Notes: generated by a model from the letters alone, not told the origin. DNA of 64,000 nt from the human T2T-CHM13v2.0 reference genome, Homo sapiens (GCF_009914755.1 NC_060931.1), one strand, 5' to 3'; shown: positions 27,291 through 41,059, numbered from the stretch's first letter. Numbers and translations: made by a program.

Positions 27291-27749
27291 AGGATAAAAC
27301 ATATGGATTCACCAATTTTGCAGAACAAAAATTATCAAATATTCCTAATTTCATACTCAATCTAATAAACAGTTATATCATTAAACTATTTTGAATCATT
27401 CAATTAAAGTGCAGTCCATTAACAAATAAGGAAAAGATTTGTTGTTAAAATTAAGGAAAGCAGGTTTGCAAAGGAGAAAGCAGAGAAGTACTTGGGGACT
27501 TTTTGGGATGAAAATATTTACTGAGGGCAAAATAACTATTAAATAATAGAGGCTGCAATTATAAATTATTTAAACACTGGATTGATAAATAAAAATTTCT
27601 GTAAAGTAAATGGTTACTTGGTATCACAGCACCAAAGTGATTTGATTTTTAAAAAATTAATCTGGTAGATGTGGAAAACTAATCAACCAGTTTGGTGTTA
27701 CTAAGCCCTCACTGATTTACAGAGACACATGTGACAATGCAAAGGAAAG

Positions 27750-27910
27750 AACAAAAACTGAGAGTAAGGAGACCTGAATTTGAGTGCCTGCTCCCCGCTC
27801 CAATCAGTTATATGATTTGAGGCAAATTGCTTTGCCTTTTTATCCTCAAGTTTCTGATCTGTAAAATGAGGAGTCAGGGATAAATAACCTCCAAAATCCT
27901 TTTTAGTTCT
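27750..27910 (+). mobile_element. MIR/MIR3 SINE
   Basis: gagacctgaatttgagt...cctcaagtttctgatctgtaaaatgagg. Confidence 0.7.
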
Positions 27911-28021
27911 GGTTTTTGTTAGTTTGTAATACCAGGGACTGATATCAATGAAAAAGCAGAGCCTCAAGGTGCTCCTCCTCTGTCCTCCCCTGCCAGTTTA
28001 TTTGCTTCATCCAGTAGTTGG

Positions 28022-28186
28022 CTGATGATTTCCAAACTTGGCAGCACAGAAGAAATATCCAGGGTATATTCCTCGGCTCCACCTCATACCTACTGACTCT
28101 CTAGTACCATGTGGACAGTAGCTATTTCATATTTATGAAATCTCCCCTGTTGATTCTGAAGTGCAGCCAGGATTGGAAATCACTGT
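28022..28186. mobile_element. MER5-family hAT element
   Basis: ttccaaacttggcagcaca...gattctgaagtgcagccaggattggaaatcactg. Confidence 0.7.
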
Positions 28187-28736
28187 GAAAAACAGTATCT
28201 TGAGTATAAAGAGAGAAGACTGATGACAAATATGGGTTATTCTGAACAACTCTCAGGACAATTCTGGTAGAAAAAATCCAGAATGGTTCTCAGTAATGGA
28301 GCTAAATGATTTCAGCTCTCCTGTTCTCTATAGTACTCAAATAGAAGGAGGACAGTCACCATATTTGCTTGTTGCAATTGTGCATGTGGGCATAAGTTTC
28401 AGAGATGTATGTCCTGTTGCCCTAACTTTTGCATTTCCTGTGTCATTATAAACCTTTTCCAAAGCATAATGACACAAAACATGATCATATTTATATGGTT
28501 CATTAGCAAAAGGGAATAGCTACTCATAGGAGAGATGACTGGGCCAAGCCCAACTTGGCAACAGAATGAAGAGGGGATCAATATCTAGGCACACCTGTAA
28601 CCATTTGTGGCACACTAGAATCACGGGGAAGCACTGCCTTAGTGTACCTAGTATCATCTATGTTCACAAGAGGTGCTCAATACATTTGTCATAAATGTTA
28701 ATAAATTACTGGTTAGTCTTAGAAATGCATGGTTTG

Positions 28737-29112
<376 letters not shown>

Positions 29113-29286
29113 TTACAGAAACTACATAGAAATGATATGCCTCACAAAATGCAAAACTCGACGGTAGAAGTAAATATGATTACACATGTAAACAGCTGCT
29201 TAAGTCCAACATGAACACCATGTTCACTATTTACAGGTACTATATCCTTTAAAATAAAAGTAAAAACAAAACTATGCAGTACTTAC

Positions 29287-29413
29287 CGGGTCCCTTCGCA
29301 CGAGCTCTCCATTGGGTACTACTTCAACCAGGTGGATGATGATAATCATAGAATTCAGAATGTAAGTAAGAAACATGTTCTTGTGCAGGGTTACCCTTTG
29401 GCAGCCAAGGCTC
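29287..29413 (-). CDS. CALCR: CALCR exon 8 ([14 protein letters not shown]...ELVRRDP), TM2
   Basis: 127 nt, cttccag|GAG acceptor, CCG|gtaagt donor. Confidence 0.98.
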
Positions 29414-30528
29414 CTGGAAGAAAAAGTAACATAAAGCATTAACCAGTGCCAAAATGTTGGAGTACCTGGAAAAAAACATTTTGGTAATATTTTTCATATT
29501 TTCTTTAAAAAAAAGATGAAAGAACATATAGAAGAAAGTAAGGCTGGTCTCCTCTTTCAGATTTATTCCTACTTTTCTGCCTGATTTTAAAAAACATGTT
29601 TCCAAACATAGCAGGTCATAGTTTTCAGTCCTCAGGGTGACTTCATAAAATAACTGAAAGAGTGGGTGATAAAATCTCTTTTAATTATAACAAATGTTGT
29701 AAAATTAGTTAACAGAAGGACTCTTAGATTAGCAACTATTAGGGTCTGCAGTGTGCTTCAAATGAAAAGCCTACTGTTCATTGTTGCAACCAGGAAGAAA
29801 ATATGTGGCCAGTGAGGTCACAGAGCGTGAAGTCAGAACCAAGGCTGCCTGTGACAAGGTACTGAATCTATGTCCTTGAGCCATTGCATACACACACTTC
29901 ACGTCTCCTGGCATCCTCCTCTTCCATCATTTCTGTTACCATCTTCTTAGATCTTATATTTCAACTAGAATCATCACTGTAGTTCCTCTTTTCCAACCCT
30001 CCTGATGGTGGAGCTCAGACACAGGCAGAGAATTCTTAATAGGCTCAAATGAAATCTCATTATGAGGCATACTGTGATTTGGATCCAATGAGAGCTATCC
30101 AAGTGCTGCTGCTTCTTGGTAGAGTCATTCCCCACCTTTTGTGTATTAAGCAATTTATTGGGGCTTTTATTCTTTTCTCTCCAGTTCATAAAGTTGTACA
30201 TATGTGTTGGTGTGAATGTTCACATAAATAAACATTAATTTGAATATCCTATTTCATTTTTTGATGCAATAGAGAGAGCCTACATCATGGCTATAACAAA
30301 ATTGCGGTGATTATTCTAGACAAATGAAAATCTTATATTTATCATATTTGATAAGGCAAAAAATATTAGTATAATGTCATTCACCATGTGAAAGCGTAAA
30401 ACATGCCAATGACTCATAACACTAACTATTCCTAAAAATATCTTCATGGAATAAAGTTAGAAATGAAGAATTTTGAAAAGGAAATTCTGGGGAAAGATGA
30501 AATACAAAAATAGCCTGGGTTTACTTAC

Positions 30529-30576
30529 AATGCCTTCCTATATTTCCAATTCAAAGGAAAAATAGTTGTCAATTTT
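30529..30576 (-). CDS. CALCR: CALCR alternative 48-nt exon encoding the 16-aa ICL1 insert (KLTTIFPLNWKYRKAL) of isoform CT(b)
   Basis: ttttattgcag acceptor, ATT|gtaagt donor, phase 2/2, peptide recognised. Confidence 0.96.
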
Positions 30577-31239
30577 CTGCAATAAAAAGCAATTTAAGTA
30601 ATAAAGGCAGCTGTTAGAGCATATTTTAACTATTATAGCTATAGTTTTCAACTTTTCGGGAAGCGATTATAGTAACTCATTAATAAATAATATTTTTAAA
30701 AATTTAACTTGTTAAACAGGTATAGGATGTAGAATTTACATCCATGAGGCAGGCTCTGATAAAGACAAGATTTAGAGAAGAGCTTTCTCTTACACACACG
30801 CTTCTGTGGACTACTCTATTCAGCAGTACAGAAGTCTGTTAAATAAATCAAACCCAACTGGTTTTATAATAGCACTAAAGGTAGGTTGCAAATTTAAATT
30901 TAAACAAAAAAATTACTTATGTGAAACCTCATGCTTGTTTATACTGAATAAACTTCCATCTGGTGACTGCTGCAATCAGCACAGTTGAATCTGTGACCTG
31001 CCATCCTTCATAGTCACAACAGCAATTTATAATTCTCACTAGCAGTTAATTATGGGATTCATTGTTTAATTCAGCCTGGCTTAGACCAATGATAATTGAC
31101 ATTATCTAGAACTAAGGAGTATGAATGAATGTATCATACAGCAATGATATTCTTAAGCCTGGTTTTCTTTTGATTGGGGAGTGTTCAATAATCTGCTGTT
31201 GTACATTAGCTTAAATGACTTCATTAACTTCATTCTCTT

Positions 31240-31460
31240 GTGTAAACCCAAGCCACCCTGAATAAAATATACTTCCTCTACCTCCAGCTTACTCTTTTGT
31301 GTGCCTGCTCTACTTTTCTTCTTAACACTTATCACCTGCTGACACAGTATATATTTATTTATTGCCTGTTATTCTCTCCTTTCCTCCCACTAAAATGAAA
31401 GTGCTAAAGGAATTTATTTTATACATCTAGAACACTCTCTGACACATCATTGGGCTTAAT
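31240..31460. mobile_element. L2 LINE 3' fragment
   Basis: taacacttatcacctgctgaca...atttatttattgcctg...cccactaaaatgaaag. Confidence 0.6.
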
Positions 31461-32928
31461 ACCCATTTTTTTTTAAATTTAAAAATGTATTTAAGAAAAA
31501 TGTTCTGTTTTGAGCTGTGACCACTAAGCAATTTTCCAGTACACCAAAGAATTACATTAAATGCTAGATGATTTCCTACTTTATACTTCATATCATACTG
31601 AACATTTGCCAAATTCTTCAGTTTCGTATTAACTAGCTAACATGGAACATTATCCTGTTGTTCAACACTAGTTAAAAATGAATATATCATACAGCATATA
31701 TGCATACAAACAGTATATATATATTTAGATAGATACAGTACATATAAAGAGTACTGTATCTCTCTATATAAAAATATATATATTTTTCATTGGAAACACA
31801 GAGAAAATGATAGTTTAAAACTAGATAAACTGCTAGCCTCCAAAGGAGAAGTATGACTAATATATGAGTTTCTGTTTTTTGAAAGTTTTAATATAATTTT
31901 TGCTCATTGAGTTTTAAAATTTGTATTATACTAACTTGATGACATTTACAGTCATCTTTTTGAAGTGAGTCGAAGGTATTGCAAATTTTTCAAAATTCAT
32001 TCAATAATCCAAAATATATGATTGTGCACTCATTATGATCCAGACCTGGTAGATATCAGGAATATAACAGAGGACAAACAGGCGCTCTTGCCTTCAGGGC
32101 CCTTATATACTATGCCATTTTTAATTTAATTTTACTGTGATAATTGTTCTGAAGAAGAGGTGTGGGATGCTAGAGAGAATTAATTGAAATTAACATTAAA
32201 AATCCTCAGTATAAATACGTCGCTTAAATGAACATGAGAGAAGCCGACAACATTTTTTTGTCAGATCTGAGATGTCTTAGGTAGAAATAGCACTAACTTG
32301 ACACTGGCTATATTCTATTCCCTTTATGAAAAAAACAGACATTTAGATGGACAGAACATTGCTTATTATTTGAGTGATGGGAAACCATAAGTACCATAAA
32401 TTCTCCAGTAGTAGGAGGATGAGACAACATAATTTACTTCTACAACATAATCTACCAATCAAGGTGTCATTCAAATGTGAGAAAGAGATAATGATTTACT
32501 TGAGTATGAATCTCAAGATGTCACATTTTAAGGCTAAAGCAAAAAGTCATTTTCATGGTTATAGTTCATCTGGTGTAAATCTTTCACATTTGTTTCAAGT
32601 TATTAGTACCCTACGTGTGTGTGAGTGTGTACTTTTTGGGAGCTTGTAGTTGTATGAGACGGCATTTGATATTGGTCTTGAGTTTTGCCAATTGACTAAA
32701 TCAGTTTGCTATCACAGGGTGAGAAACAGCAGTATTTTCTCCTGTATATCTCCTATGTAAGACAGTGTAATTATAGTCACATTCAAAGCAAACAAAGTAG
32801 CAAAAAGAAAACAAGTAAAAGTTGTTTTGAAGTTACTGGTGCATGGGAAAATATGAATTAGGAATCATTTCTGTAATTGGTACAAGCCCAAGTCATATCT
32901 TCTAGTGTAACTTTTAGTTTTCATTTAC

Positions 32929-32963
32929 CTAGGATCACGTGTTATTCATGATAAACATGAGAA
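32929..32963 (-). CDS. CALCR: CALCR alternative 35-nt ICL1 cassette exon with stop (SSHVYHE*)
   Basis: Strong acceptor cattttctctcttcttttcag and donor TAG|gtaaat; length and stop fit the recalled truncated 35-bp-insert isoform. Confidence 0.8.
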
Positions 32964-35900
32964 CTGAAAAGAAGAGAGAAAATGAAGTAAAATGGATTGC
33001 ATTAAAACTCCTGGGAAAATTCAAATACAATATATTATATATCTTCCCTATTTGACAAGAGACTTTATGCCTTTTGATTTAGCACAAAATCCTTATCATT
33101 AATAAATTCTCTTTCAATCAAAATTCTTGCTTTTCCTATTACTACTGTTCTATGGGTGAAGAATATGCCGTGGTATGATCAACAGTTATCTTTGGTGTCT
33201 GTCCTGCCAGTGGTGAGTTGGAAGAAAGGAGGCCATCTTTGATACCATTGATTTCATGGTTTCCTTGGAGCAACAGGAAGGCAGCTAGAGATGTATAATG
33301 GTGGATACTACACAAGGTACAGATTCACATACCCACCCAATATGTAGAGATGACGTAGAACAAAGAGAATAGTAAGTAGTAGAGCAATCAGTCTTCCCTC
33401 AGTATGTTCCACTGGAAGCCACTTTTGTTGACCTCCATGATTACCTATATATGCTTTTTGTCAATGTGGCCAATGTAACGTAATGTAGACAATAAAATGA
33501 AGAGACCATCTGTTTTCCAACCTATATTTCTATCAGCTTTCAGGCAAGAATAATATTTAAAATACCAATCAGAAAGACATGGATAACAATGAGTCAAAAT
33601 AAATGCTAATGAATGGTCTGTTATGCTTTTCATGAAGTGATACAATGAGAGGCTTACATATTTAGGATTATTCCACAGAAAAGTAAATTGATAAATTGTA
33701 ATTGAAATTTATGGATAAGTAAATTTATTGGAAATTTGCTGAAAATGGTCAAGAATCAAACTGAAATAAATGTCCATTTATGTGTCTTTCCCAAACCAGT
33801 CTTCCCTAAGGGTATCTTCATTTTAGCTCTCTTGTTGACACTTACTATTGGAATCTAGCAGTAAGAAATCTTGCTGAACTAATTTGATGTTTATATTTAA
33901 TCCCTTTCCATAATATCATTCCAATTTTTTCTGCGAAGGTTTTAAACTAAATACCATCCTAATAATGCTGTCTTCTATCTTTAACTGGTGTACCAGAAAT
34001 GACCTGCATATCATCTTGACTATTATTCAAACTTTTGAACAGTTAAGATTGTTAATGCTGACTTTTCCATGAATTAAACCTGAAAAATCTTGTTTTTTCT
34101 ACATTTTGTCTTTCTCTAGGAAGAATGCATAGAAGATAAATTTTCTGCTATTAAACTGAAGACTTTATGTACATTTATACATTAATTTTCCAACAGCACA
34201 AGGAGCATGATTTCTATTTGCTTAAGTTTACATAATTCCACCTTTTACCTTCCCCTGCATGCTCAGAATAAAATTACATTAAGATTAAAGGCATGCTTTA
34301 ATAAACTAATTCTGAGTAATATCCCAAGTTTTTAGTGAAGTATTGGCAGTTCCAAAGCCTCTTGTATGATCAGTGACTTTAAATTTCTCTGCAGGCCTCC
34401 TAGGAGGCCTGCTCATTTGAGGAGGACAGCTGCAGGGTTCCTCCTTTTTATGAGACACATTTGAGGAGTTCTGAGGGCTTTACAGTGAGATTTCAATGGA
34501 ATGATTGTGAATGGGGCGTCAGCTCTCAGAAGTGGAGCTGGGTAACTTTTCACTCTGGTTTCCTGAAAGTTTTATAAAATTGTTTGGAGTTTGCAAAATT
34601 ACTCAACCCTGCGAATATAGAATTAAGTAAGGGAGTGATGATATTTTTTGCTCAGGTTGCACACAGATGATCCCATTTAAGTGCATAAATTATGAAACCT
34701 ATTGTAATGTGCAGTAAAGATCTTAAAGGTGATGGTGATGTAGAGTATTTGAAAAAAAATTCTGGAAAAAATTTGCTAATTCACAAATAAATTCCAATGA
34801 TAGATCAGTATTATTTTCTACTTCCACAATCACTTTTAATGTTTCTGAAATTCAAATATAAAAAACATTAAAGGGTTAGGATCATACTTAAATTTTAAGA
34901 AGACAGATGCCCTTTATATTTTTAGTTTGGGTAAGGTTTAAGATATGATTGAAAACAAGTATAAAAATTTTATACAGCTTTTTTTGGTTTGAATATTTGG
35001 CATCTCAGCATATGTGCTTTGCATATCTCATTTGTCTCTTGTTGTGTCTGCTCTGAAGAACCAGCTATTTCAGTTCATTTCTTCTCATTATTAGGCTCAG
35101 ATGATAAATCAATAAGACTTGTTTTTCTTCCCCAGATTTAAGTTGCTGTTTAGTTGGTTCTTAGAACTGAGAGACGGTAGGGCAAAGTTGGGTACTTTCT
35201 AGACAATCTGCCCCCACACTCTCTCAAGGGTTTGATCAGAATCATTTTGCTTTGGGACTAACTGGAGTTGAGAAATATTCTACTTTGCCCTTGTGCCACA
35301 CTTTAACACACCCATCTTCAGTAGCTTAATATAGAAATGATCGTTGAAAAAAAAATTCTTAATTTCTTTGCTGATTTGGCTCTCACATCTCCTCACTTAT
35401 TTAAGTGACTGGAGAAATAAAGAATTAAGATCTATGCCTTTGACATTATTACCTTTAAAGTCCTGACTACAATTAGTTGCATGATTACAAATTTGGGGAA
35501 TTTTTCTTTCAATTTTTTATGATTATATTTAAAAAACTTAAAAAATATGCTTTAGTGGCATATTTTAAAATAAAAGTTGTTTGAGAACCATGATGATGTG
35601 TTTATTTACCATAATGAAGTGCAATTGAAAAATGAAGACATTCCAAGATTAATCATGTTATGTGATTACTGTATTCTGATCATTATCATTGAAAATACTC
35701 TTCTATTCTAATTTGAGTAATTAATACTTCATGTCTTTTTGCTTTATCAGTCTTTCTCCTGTTAAACCATTTATGGAAGGAGCTCATCGTCTGTTTGCTT
35801 ATGTTATCATTTGCTATCCAGTTAAAAATTGCTGTTCACCTCTATTGCTTAGTCAATATAAGAATCTTGACTAAGATATAGACAAAGATTGAAAAATGAT

Positions 35901-37179
35901 GAAGGAAAAAAATAGTACTTGTACTAAGGATGTATTTACAGGTGATTATTCTCCCCTTGGTTTAATTTTCCTTAGTACTATCCTGACAATATTTTAACAA
36001 AAATCAAATTAAGATTCTACTATGTTTTAAATTTATTTTTTGAGGTAAAGTATAGATGTATAATGTACCATCTTTACCATTTTAAACATATAGTTCAGTA
36101 GTGATAAATGCATATATATTCTTCTCCCCCCTCATTCTATATGTGAATCACTGTACATTTAATCACATACCACATTTTTTAAGTGTGGATGATTGTTGGT
36201 CATCTGAGTCTACAAAAGGGCTTTTCTTTATCATTTCTGTGATACCACCATGACTATTATTACTACCAATAATAATAATAATAATGATATCAAACACATA
36301 TTTCACTTATTATGTGTCAGACATGAGTCCAGGCACCTTACATGTATTATTTCATTTTTACCTAATTTACTTCAGTTTCTAACGTTTTTACTGAACCGTG
36401 GTGTGTCTAAAAAAAAAATACACATACAGTTTACTCTGAATCTACATTTGTGAACATACTTGAGAAATCCAGCTTAGGACAATGTTATGAGTGCTTTATT
36501 TTCACTAAAGTTGGTTGTGATGAAAGCATATGTAACAGTTTCTAACTTAAATGTACCATTCCTGTAAAGATCCTATTTTATATTCATGTAAGATGACAAG
36601 ATAATTTAAAGTATTCAAGTTTTCCTTGTATGTTTTCTCATATTTTGCTTTCAAGCATAATTGTGCACCATAAAACCTAAAGACAAGCATTATTTAAATT
36701 AGGTTTTGTAGAAACATGCTCTGATGTGCTTGTTTATTCCTTAGTCTTACATATGCTAGCAAGAAATAATTAGGCAGGGTATATATGGATTTGTGGCTAT
36801 GGTCTCCAAAAATTAGAGTGGGAGTAAAAGAAGGTGGAGAATCCTCTCCACCACCCTTAATGGTAACTTACCCATGGTAAATGGAACCTTTACCATATTA
36901 CAACAGTATACTTATGGATTCACAGGACTGTCTTATTTTGGGAAGTCTCAAGATATAGTACTTTTGAAAATGATATAAATTTATCCTGTTCTCCCCAAAG
37001 ATAGGATTAAAAGCATATTTAAATTCATTTCATTTTTCTTGCTACTTCATGACTCCTAATGTTGCATGTCGCTTGTAATTTGCTGAAGACCCTTCCCCAC
37101 CTCCACTCTTGCAGAATTCACCATTCGTTTCAGTAACTTAAAGGAGGAAATAAAGAGCAGATGCTGTGAGTGTACTTAC

Positions 37180-37271
37180 CTGAAAAACACGAAAATCCCC
37201 AGGGAAATCACTAGGGTGAAAATTGACAAAGAATGACCCACAATAGCCAAATAGTACAGAACATATGCATT
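37180..37271 (-). CDS. CALCR: CALCR exon 7 ([16 protein letters not shown]...FVFF), TM1
   Basis: 92 nt, ttccag|AAT acceptor, CAG|gtaagt donor. Confidence 0.98.
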
Positions 37272-37288
37272 CTGGAACAACAAAAAGT

Positions 37289-37312
37289 AAACAAACAAAC
37301 AAACAAACAAAC
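37289..37312 (+). repeat. (AAAC)6 in the exon 7 acceptor region
   Basis: Seen directly. Confidence 0.95.
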
Positions 37313-38734
37313 AATGAATGAATGATTCATCAGAGAGAAAATCATTTCTATTTCTAAATATATGTAAATCAACAAATGTTTTCCTCCTTTTAAAAACCTA
37401 CTACAATTATAACAAATATTTCAGATAGTGAAATTAATTTTTAGCTTTACTCATGTCATTTTATGAAAATAAATTGTCATTTTCAAAGAATAAAGTTCCT
37501 TGAGATGAAGTACCTCATTCAAAAATATATTTCAGAAGTAGCTTTAAATGCATTAAAAATTATCATCCCTAAGCCCAGTAAGCAATCCTGGTAGTTTTTT
37601 AACTTCTGGAATCTTTTAGACAGTGGATACATAATTCTATACCACAGAACTGGCAAAGCAGTAATCGACTTTCCAAGCTGTCCTGACCTACAGAGGGTGC
37701 AGAGAGTATGGTGGCAGGTTTCTGTGCCTTTGTTTAAAATGATATCATTAGTATTTAGTTGGTTGAAGCCGAAACCTTTCCCCTTGGCAGCCATTTGATA
37801 ATTCTTTTTTTTTTTCATGATCATGGTTAATTTTATTTATTCTCCCATAATGTTATGTTGACTCGGAAGAATGTCCTTCTCATAAAATGCATAATGTCAT
37901 AGCATCTTTTTTCCTAGTAATCACAGTCTTTCCTTTCCTTATAATGTAATTTTATCAACAGAGAAAATAGAGATTGATCCAGTCACCCATCCCTCTCTCT
38001 GTCTTCTCTGTCTCTCTGTTTCTCTTTATCTGTTTCTGTGTTTCTGGTCTCTCTCTCTCTCTTTCTCTCTCTTTCACTCTATTTTGACACTAGCTTTTGC
38101 ATTTTGTACTATTTAGCCAATTTCATCAGCTGTAATTGAAGTAGACTTGAATCTTTTGCAACTAGGGATTTTGTTTTCACTTGTTTTTCTTGGTGAAGCA
38201 TAATTTGTGTATTATTTTGTAGTTGTATTTTAATCTCTTGGCTTTTGGTCTTAAGTTCCTTCAACAGTTTGTTGGGTCTTGGTATGAATGCAAATGTAGT
38301 GTAGATAGGATGAATACCTTCTATGAAGTTCTTTGAATTCCTGGAATAAATGTAGAATTTATATATCCTTGAACATTTTGATTCTTGTCAATTTCCTCAG
38401 AAAGAGTCTGGGATTGAAGCCCTAGTCAGCTAAAATGCATCCAAACTATTCAGAGCCCTTTCTTGGTTATGTGCATTATGTTATCCTGAAATGAACATTC
38501 CTTTTCTAGGCCTTAGAATTTCAAAATGGACTAATTAGCTTCTCCTAAGTTGTGCCTGTTGCATCATTTGACCAGGCATTCCATATTTTTGGGGCATTTT
38601 CATTGTTGATACCACTCTCTTAATAGCACATTTTACTCTTACAGGAAATGTTAATAAAGTTAGAATAGTTGGTTTATAATTGGAGCTGATAAAATCTTCA
38701 GGTAGCTTTCTTGGGAGGGATTTAGGAATCTTAT

Positions 38735-38760
38735 ACACACACACACACACACACACACAC
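38735..38760 (+). repeat. (AC)13 microsatellite
   Basis: Seen directly. Confidence 0.95.
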
Positions 38761-39207
38761 TCACCTATCTTTTCTCCCAGGAATTCATTTTCTGGCTATT
38801 TTTCTAACTTCACTTGTAGACAATATCAGGAGGAGCATTTTCTAAAAGTTCTTCCTTCTAAATAGTTTACTATGTAGAACACTCTTGCCCCTTAATTAAT
38901 TTGGATATGTATCTGCACCCCCTCTTCTGTCGGTCTTTTAAAAAATCTTTGCATACTTTATTTCTAAGAAAAATTTATATAACTTAATTCATATTCTTTT
39001 CAGTTGCTTCCAGAGTACTCCTTTTAAAAACATTTGTTCTTCTGAAATAGAGTTGTCTAAATGTGTAAGATTAAATCAACAACTCATAATTTAGTTGCCA
39101 TCCTTGTGTCATTCTCAAGGTTGACTTTTTTTTTAATGAATTCTAGGTTGGTTCCTTCAAATTTTAATGTGACTATATTTATATGGAAGATTTGTGGAAA
39201 GCATTTT

Positions 39208-39536
39208 ATTTTTTTATTTTTATTTTTATTTTTTCAATATTTTATTTTATTTTATTGTTAATTATTATACTTTAAGTTTTAGGGTACATGTGCACAATGT
39301 GCAGGTTAGTTACATATGTACACATGTGACATGCTGGTGCGCTGCACCCACTAACTTGTCATCTAGCATTAGGTATATCTCCCAATGCTATCCCTCACCC
39401 CTCCCCCCACCCCACAACAGTCCCCAGAGTGTGATGTTCCCCTTCCTGTGTCCATGTGTTCTCATTGTTCAATTCCCACCTATGAGTGAGAATATGCGGT
39501 GTTTGGTTTTTTGTTCTTGCGATAGTTTACTGAGAA
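39208..39536 (-). mobile_element. Young 5'-truncated L1PA (L1PA2/3-like) 3'UTR and A-rich tail, sense to CALCR
   Basis: tatactttaagttttagggtacatgtgcacaatgtgcagg; 15-bp TSD TGTGGAAAGCATTTT (39193-39207) / TGTGAAAAGCATTTT (39537-39551). Confidence 0.95.
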
Positions 39537-40850
39537 TGTGAAAAGCATTTTAATCATTATACTAAGTGCCTAGAGAGTAGCATTTCTTCTTTAAATTATT
39601 TCATTCTTAGATGTGGCCAGTGTACGTGAGAAGTCCAAAAACAACACTAAGAATGATTTGGACTTGCACTACTTACAACAATCTGGTTAACATGAGTATA
39701 ATTTTTCTCTGTAACATCATAATCAACACTCATTCGGAAAATTCACTACTCTGTGACATAGCTTATTAATCAGACTTTATTAACAGCTCTCCATTAGGGT
39801 GTAGACATGCATCTGATTCTCAGGGTGACTAAACCATTTGTAAAGAGATAACTGGCTGTGGTGCCCTTAGCTTGTGCTTGTGATGAGGTGTCCCTCCTAT
39901 TCAAGTGGTCCCTAAGCCATATGTTCATCTCGTTTGTTTTTGTTATTTGTTTTGTTTTTAATAAAAGAAAACTTTTCTACACCCTGAAAGCATCTCAACA
40001 GCAAACAAAGACACTAATGTGCTTTTAGTTTTCAACTGAATAATTATTTAGTATACAGGCCTATCTTTGACAGAAATAATAGGTTTATGTTAGAGTCAGC
40101 AGGGTTGCTTAGAGACGCCCTGCACAGCTAAACATTGACCAACTGTAACTCCTTGTTCTGTAGGGTGAGGAGGCTGGTTGTAGACTTGGTGAATTTTTCA
40201 GATTTTTGATACATTTGAGGAAGAAAGATCATCTGTTCCCCACCCGCCATTTGCTTAGATAAATGTTTCTAAGCAGAGATAATATTCAAAATATTTAACA
40301 TACAGTAAAATGCAAGTACTAACAATTGAGAATGAACTTCCACTGAAAATAATCTAAGCAGCCATATCTGTATTAGTGGACTGATGAGATGCCCTACTTT
40401 AGGAGTTCTTTCTATGCTTTATTACAAAACTAAGGTTGTGGCTAACACAGGGGAAGCATGCTATCTTGTGACTTGTGGAAAAATCTGTAGTTTTGAAACT
40501 CTTCCAGGAAAAGAGATGTTAGAGAGTCCCTTGAAATGTTGCCTAATTTCTGGCATCATTGGGAATCCTTTCATCTGCTCTATGGACACTTATCCCCCTG
40601 CCATAAATGGACTGATTCTGTATGCTCACGGAACTTCAATTGACTCTTGACTCTGAGTGCCAACCAAGAAGTGAAATGTCATTTTCTCTAATTCTACTCT
40701 AGAGATTCCTAGAACTTACCAGTTATCATATGATTTCTTTCCACAAAACCTGTTGGCTTCTTTGTGGCAGATATTTTACAGTTATGCGTCCATTTCCTTG
40801 TACAAATAATGACATTCTCACTCAATACTGAAACGTGAAAAAGAACCTAC

Positions 40851-40963
40851 CTTCAGTTTCTCAGGAGTGAAAGCATTGCACATAGTATAGTTGGACCAGG
40901 TTCGATTGTTTTCAGGATGTTTAAACCAAACACCTTTTTCATCACAGTATTTTGTAACCTTTT
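40851..40963 (-). CDS. CALCR: CALCR exon 6 ([12 protein letters not shown]...AFTPEKLK), end of ectodomain
   Basis: 113 nt, aacag|AAA acceptor, AAG|gtaggt donor. Confidence 0.98.
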
Positions 40964-41059
40964 CTGTTAATGAAACATAACAGTTATTGCATTAATATCT
41001 CAAAATCCCAACAAGGAAAAATAATAAATTAAAGCTTAAAAGCCATTCCAACATATTAA

